From the IMG/VR virus record IMGVR_UViG_3300013094_000041: a stretch of DNA of 20,000 bases; one strand, given 5' to 3'. Numbering within the stretch: position 1 is the stretch's first letter; each line of letters begins with the position of its first letter. Shown piece after piece: positions 16,732-20,000 of the stretch. Source of the stretch: an uncultured virus (IMG/VR IMGVR_UViG_3300013094_000041). Its lineage: Duplodnaviria > Heunggongvirae > Uroviricota > Caudoviricetes. Both the position numbers and the translations under genes were made by a program. Under the pieces are notes generated by a model, which was not told the origin of the DNA, ran no database searches, and saw nothing but the letters and a program-made list of their open reading frames with translations.

Positions 16732-17411
16732 TTAATTCTCCAAGGTAGTATCGGTTGGTATGCTTGCTTCATTAATTTGTTTCCTTCTTCAAACATTTTA
16801 AGTAGTCTTTCGGGTGCTCGGTAATTAACCGTAGCCTCTCCTGTGCATCCAAAGGAAGGCAGTCTTGCGCTGGCAGCTTTATAGAATTTACGATCTGCAC
16901 CCCATTGCCCATAAAAATTATGTGCCACGTCAACCAAGTACTCACGCTTAAAGCAATAACAGTTAGTATCAACAAGGTGGTCGTTATGATCATAAAATGT
17001 CGGGTATCTACCGAGTGCTTCGCAATCATCGTCAAAAACATATTCGTCTCGTTCATTGATAATTCTCCTCAAGCTGTAAGACCACATAAGGTCTTTTGAT
17101 TTAATTTTATTAATCATGGATTCTACATGATTAGGCTCAAACCAATTATCCTCATCTAAAAATAGAATGTAATCAGCGTTTACCATTAGTGGCATAGCGG
17201 CATAGACTCGGTGTCCATACCATCCGTTACCGCCTACGTTTTCAGGTAGCGTTATTTTTTTTCGCATATTAGTTTCAAAGATGTGCATATTAGTTAGCTT
17301 GCCATCTTCTACAATTAAATGCTCAGTTGGTATGGTTTGATCTTGAACGCTTTCCATAGCTTTATTTACTGATTCTTTCCCAGTTGTCGGGGTGATAACC
17401 ATAATCCTCAT
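16728..17411 (-). CDS. GT2-family (GT-A) glycosyltransferase
   Basis: MRIMVITPT...AMESVQDQT...HLIVEDG...DYILFLDEDNWFEPNHVES...VDTNCY...GADRKF. Start at 17411 by ATGA coupling (track gives 17486). Confidence 0.88.
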   Translation of the reverse strand: MRIMVITPTTGKESVNKAMESVQDQTIPTEHLIVEDGKLTNMHIFETNMRKKITLPENVGGNGWYGHRVYAAMPLMVNADYILFLDEDNWFEPNHVESMINKIKSKDLMWSYSLRRIINERDEYVFDDDCEALGRYPTFYDHNDHLVDTNCYCFKREYLVDVAHNFYGQWGADRKFYKAASARLPSFGCTGEATVNYRAPERLLKMFEEGNKLMKQAYQPILPWRIK

Positions 17412-17971
17412 TGGTAGCTCACTAGTCTGGGTGAAAATGCAAATGTCGCCGGATATTCTTTTATAAGGGCGGTGTTGTCGTGCCATTGGTCGGGAGTCGT
17501 AAATGCTGGATCAACTAGGGCGCGAATATTCCAGCCAAAGTTTAAGTACAAGCATTTAGAACCAATATGCTTTGTATATACCCACTGAAACAGCCCATGA
17601 CCTTTGACTAAAATATGACCAGGATTCTTCTCATCGCAATGCAAGTCGCCAGAATAGCTCATGCCAGTCGAACCATCAAAAGTCTTTACTGCAAAACCAT
17701 AGAATGGGTTACGCCACAGCCAGTGAATCTTAGACCACCAGCAAGATGGATAAAAGTTTTTAAAGGTTTGGTCTCCATCTAGGCTATTATCGGGCGTTTG
17801 GAACCAGCTCAATAACTTCCACAAGCGTGGCCCATAACCCCATAAGGTAGCATTGTTAAGCCAACCTATCTGCGCGCTGTTAAATAGCACCAGCAACGGC
17901 GCCAATGGAAAAGTTAAAACAGTTCCTAGTAAATTAATTATTACTAAGAATGGGTAAAGTATGTAGCTCAT
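17408..17971 (-). CDS. Membrane-anchored, Trp-rich phage protein of unknown function
   Basis: N-terminal hydrophobic segment. WFQTPDNSLDGD and WLWRNPFYGF motifs, recalled as DUF7338-like (unverified). Confidence 0.75.
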   Translation of the reverse strand: MSYILYPFLVIINLLGTVLTFPLAPLLVLFNSAQIGWLNNATLWGYGPRLWKLLSWFQTPDNSLDGDQTFKNFYPSCWWSKIHWLWRNPFYGFAVKTFDGSTGMSYSGDLHCDEKNPGHILVKGHGLFQWVYTKHIGSKCLYLNFGWNIRALVDPAFTTPDQWHDNTALIKEYPATFAFSPRLVSYQ

Positions 17972-18183
17972 TTGGATTCCTTTTTTACTTGGCTTTTTTT
18001 AGCCCGCTTAATAACAACTTCGCCACCATTATCGGGTCTAACTTTGTACTCATCAATTGCTTTGGTAAGCAGAGCCACAAATCCCCATTGGATGAGGATT
18101 TCAAGACCTTCTTGGTCAAAGCGAATGTTACAGTCTGCTGATCCATCTTTATTTTCCTTAATCATTAGTACTGAGATTGCCAT
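17968..18183 (-). CDS. Hypothetical protein (71 aa)
   Basis: MAISVLMIKENKDGSADCNIRFD... AAGGAG RBS; TGATG overlap with the radical SAM stop. Confidence 0.75.
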   Translation of the reverse strand: MAISVLMIKENKDGSADCNIRFDQEGLEILIQWGFVALLTKAIDEYKVRPDNGGEVVIKRAKKSQVKKESK

Positions 18184-19049
18184 CAAATTCTCCTTATGTT
18201 GTCGCATGATTTACAAATGCTGCACTTATCAAACTCAGACGCTTCGTTAATAGCAATGATGTCTTGTAAGGGTTTACCTTGAAATATTTCATCATAGGTT
18301 TGAGTTAACAGGTTTCCGATCACATGCTTGAGGTTGTAGTCCATACAGCACAGGACGACATCGCCGTTTGGCAATAAGACATTGCGGTCATAAAACGGGG
18401 TTGATCTGCATGTCAACGCAAATGCATGGCGCGGCGTTATTGATAGTGCCTGACCAACGACTTGTTCTGGATTTAAACTATCTGCTCTGGTATGCCCCAG
18501 AAACGGCGGTAACCGCCCTCCAACAAGCGATTGGATGTCTGGGTGAACTATCCCACTACCATCCATTGTCATCGCCTGTACACCGCATGGAACATTTAAT
18601 GCGCCAATGACTTCCGCAGCCTTGAGCCACTCATCGGACATTTTCCAACCCTTCATATTCTTATTGGCATCTGGGAGATGGATCATTACCACTTCAATTT
18701 GATCTTTGTGCGCTTCAATAACTTTCTTAACACGCTCTGGATCAGTCATGCCATACAAGGTTGTGTAGATAGCTACCTTAAACCCCATGTACAAAACTTC
18801 TTCTAACATGCTTGTGCAATTGGGGTTAGCCCAAGGCTCAGACATACCTGAAAAATCAATGCGAGTATTCTTCGGTAACTTGACCAGTATCTTAGTCAGG
18901 TCTACTTGGCTCATGTATTTAGTGTCTTTGCCGTAGCTTTCTCTCAGGTTGTCTTGGGGGCAGAAAGAGCACATTAAAGGACATCCAATCATGGTTGTTA
19001 ACTCCATTACAGGGCTATCGGTGTGAACTATTCCGTACTTTTCTTTCAT
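18183..19049 (-). CDS. Radical SAM enzyme with SPASM/twitch auxiliary Fe-S domain
   Basis: CPLMCSFC (CxxxCxxC), FSGMSEP (GGEP-equivalent), YTT. C-terminal C...NVLLPNGDVVLCCMDY...IGNL...CSICKSC. Confidence 0.92.
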   Translation of the reverse strand: MKEKYGIVHTDSPVMELTTMIGCPLMCSFCPQDNLRESYGKDTKYMSQVDLTKILVKLPKNTRIDFSGMSEPWANPNCTSMLEEVLYMGFKVAIYTTLYGMTDPERVKKVIEAHKDQIEVVMIHLPDANKNMKGWKMSDEWLKAAEVIGALNVPCGVQAMTMDGSGIVHPDIQSLVGGRLPPFLGHTRADSLNPEQVVGQALSITPRHAFALTCRSTPFYDRNVLLPNGDVVLCCMDYNLKHVIGNLLTQTYDEIFQGKPLQDIIAINEASEFDKCSICKSCDNIRRI

Positions 19050-19414
19050 TTCTCACTTGCCTTTTTTAGTATTGCTCTAGCAAAATCAATTAAATTTCCT
19101 TTGCCACTAGCTTCAGTTTTGCAATGGTCTGCATAAGCATCCATTATTTCTTCATCTGTTAGTTTTGCATACCTATAGGTATCAATTTGATTGTCGTTTT
19201 GTGACTTATTGGTATCAATTTCTACGGCTCTTTGCATACCAGCTTTGAACCCATCGTCAAACCCAATAGCTTCTGCAATACCTAAGTCGTGTTCGTTTGG
19301 ATGGGTGTAGAGTGGAATACCATTTTTTAATTGCTGGCTACCAATATGGCAGTCGTAGTGTGGCAACCTTTCAAGGTCGTATGGGTCTATGTATGCTACT
19401 GGTTCATTGTTCAT
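19046..19414 (-). CDS. Hypothetical phage protein (EPVA...PLYT / LTDEEI...FARAI type)
   Basis: 122 aa, coupled by ATGA overlaps. Motifs are common in small early proteins of proteobacterial phages. Confidence 0.75.
   Translation of the reverse strand: MNNEPVAYIDPYDLERLPHYDCHIGSQQLKNGIPLYTHPNEHDLGIAEAIGFDDGFKAGMQRAVEIDTNKSQNDNQIDTYRYAKLTDEEIMDAYADHCKTEASGKGNLIDFARAILKKASEK
19162..19221. repeat. Imperfect 26-27 bp direct repeat containing a 14-bp perfect palindrome
   Basis: GTTTTGCATACCTATAGGTATCAATTT (19162-19188) vs GTTTTGTGACTTATTGGTATCAATTT (19196-19221). ATACCTATAGGTAT (19169-19182) is self-complementary. Confidence 0.7.
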
Positions 19415-19596
19415 TCGCAGTTCTTCCTCATTCGTTTAGTCTTGTCCTCGTTGTCGCTAAAGTACTCACACACCTTGCCTTGTCGTGGACTATCCACAAA
19501 GTAAGATTGGTACTCTGGTGTTGCCCTCGCAGTAAACCGATAGCAACGCTCACGCTTCTTACAAGTCTCGTCACGACACATTGTTATATCAGCCAT
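19411..19596 (-). CDS. Small Cys-rich phage protein
   Basis: DITMC....C.....CYRF...QSYF...CEYF; four spaced Cys suggest metal binding. Confidence 0.75.
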   Translation of the reverse strand: MADITMCRDETCKKRERCYRFTARATPEYQSYFVDSPRQGKVCEYFSDNEDKTKRMRKNCE

Positions 19597-19874
19597 TAGT
19601 TCATCCCCGTAAGTCCATGTTGCGACTGTATTGTCTTAACATATTGCACCGCATCCCAGAATCCATTCTCATACTCTTCAGATTGAGTGCCTGTCATCGT
19701 AATATCTTCAGCCCAAACAACCATCTTGTTTAGATGTATCAGTTGCCTACGCTGGCTCTCAATGACTTCCTGAGCCTCCATGAGAATTACTTGAGCTGTA
19801 CCCCACGGCAATTCTATGTTTTCTTGTAGGTACTCTCCAATATCGTTTAATACTTTTTCAGTCGTTAATCTCAT
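19596..19874 (-). CDS. Hypothetical protein
   Basis: 92-aa ORF coupled by ATGA and TAATG overlaps. Confidence 0.7.
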   Translation of the reverse strand: MRLTTEKVLNDIGEYLQENIELPWGTAQVILMEAQEVIESQRRQLIHLNKMVVWAEDITMTGTQSEEYENGFWDAVQYVKTIQSQHGLTGMN

Positions 19875-20000
19875 TTATCTTGTGCCTTAAATTTATTGTT
19901 ACGCTGATTTTCTGACTTTGTAACTGCCCTAAGATTTTCAATGTTGTTATCAAACCTATTGCGGTTTATATGGTCAATCACCAATGGTTCAGGCGGTAAA
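19871..20000 (-). CDS. HNH endonuclease, C-terminal part (partial)
   Basis: Translated by hand: LPPEPLVIDHINRNRFDNNIENLRAVTKSENQRNNKFKAQDK*, a DHINxNRxDNxxENLR...N HNH core. Not in the ORF track. Confidence 0.9.
   Translation of the reverse strand, partial: LPPEPLVIDHINRNRFDNNIENLRAVTKSENQRNNKFKAQDK

Noticed and set aside
17412..17486. Extended N-terminus of the GT2 ORF (also the extended track starts at 15997, 15540, 18207 and 11350)
   Set aside because: Downstream ATGs give ATGA/TGATG coupling or a good RBS and avoid long overlaps.
18183..19049. QueE / 7-deazaguanine DNA modification pathway
   Set aside because: The protein has a C-terminal SPASM/twitch Cys set unlike QueE, and no queC, queD, folE or dpdA is in the window.
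1..20000. Stop-codon reassignment or intron/intein-split genes
   Set aside because: Genes tile densely under the standard code using TAA, TGA and TAG stops; no split ORFs or intein motifs were seen.

Overview
A 20-kb fragment of a tailed dsDNA phage genome, podovirus-like because it carries large ejection-type proteins. The gene content resembles freshwater phages of Betaproteobacteria, but the host is only an inference. There are two convergent blocks. The + strand (1-10263) holds the end of the virion module: the tail of an upstream protein, an 801-aa protein with a lytic transglycosylase domain, and a 1934-aa polyvalent protein with an HExxH peptidase and an LPD38-like C-terminus. These are followed by a metallophosphoesterase / HNH / SprT-like cassette. 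The - strand (10349-20000) is an almost gap-free, translationally coupled early/middle operon: HNH, small hypotheticals, a radical SAM-SPASM enzyme, a membrane-anchored protein, two GT-A glycosyltransferases, a secreted heptad-repeat protein, a Cas4-like exonuclease, a DGQHR/ParB-like protein, DUF3310, ERF, an SSB-like protein, AT-hook, RHH and wHTH proteins, and a Ref-like nuclease. The best candidate for an undescribed system is the radical SAM + two glycosyltransferases + membrane proteins cluster. Also notable are 13-aa repeats bracketing the peptidase module of the polyvalent protein, a tRNA-sized structured element at the convergence point, and a palindromic tandem repeat hidden inside a small ORF. 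All family calls come from motif recognition by eye; no searches were run.
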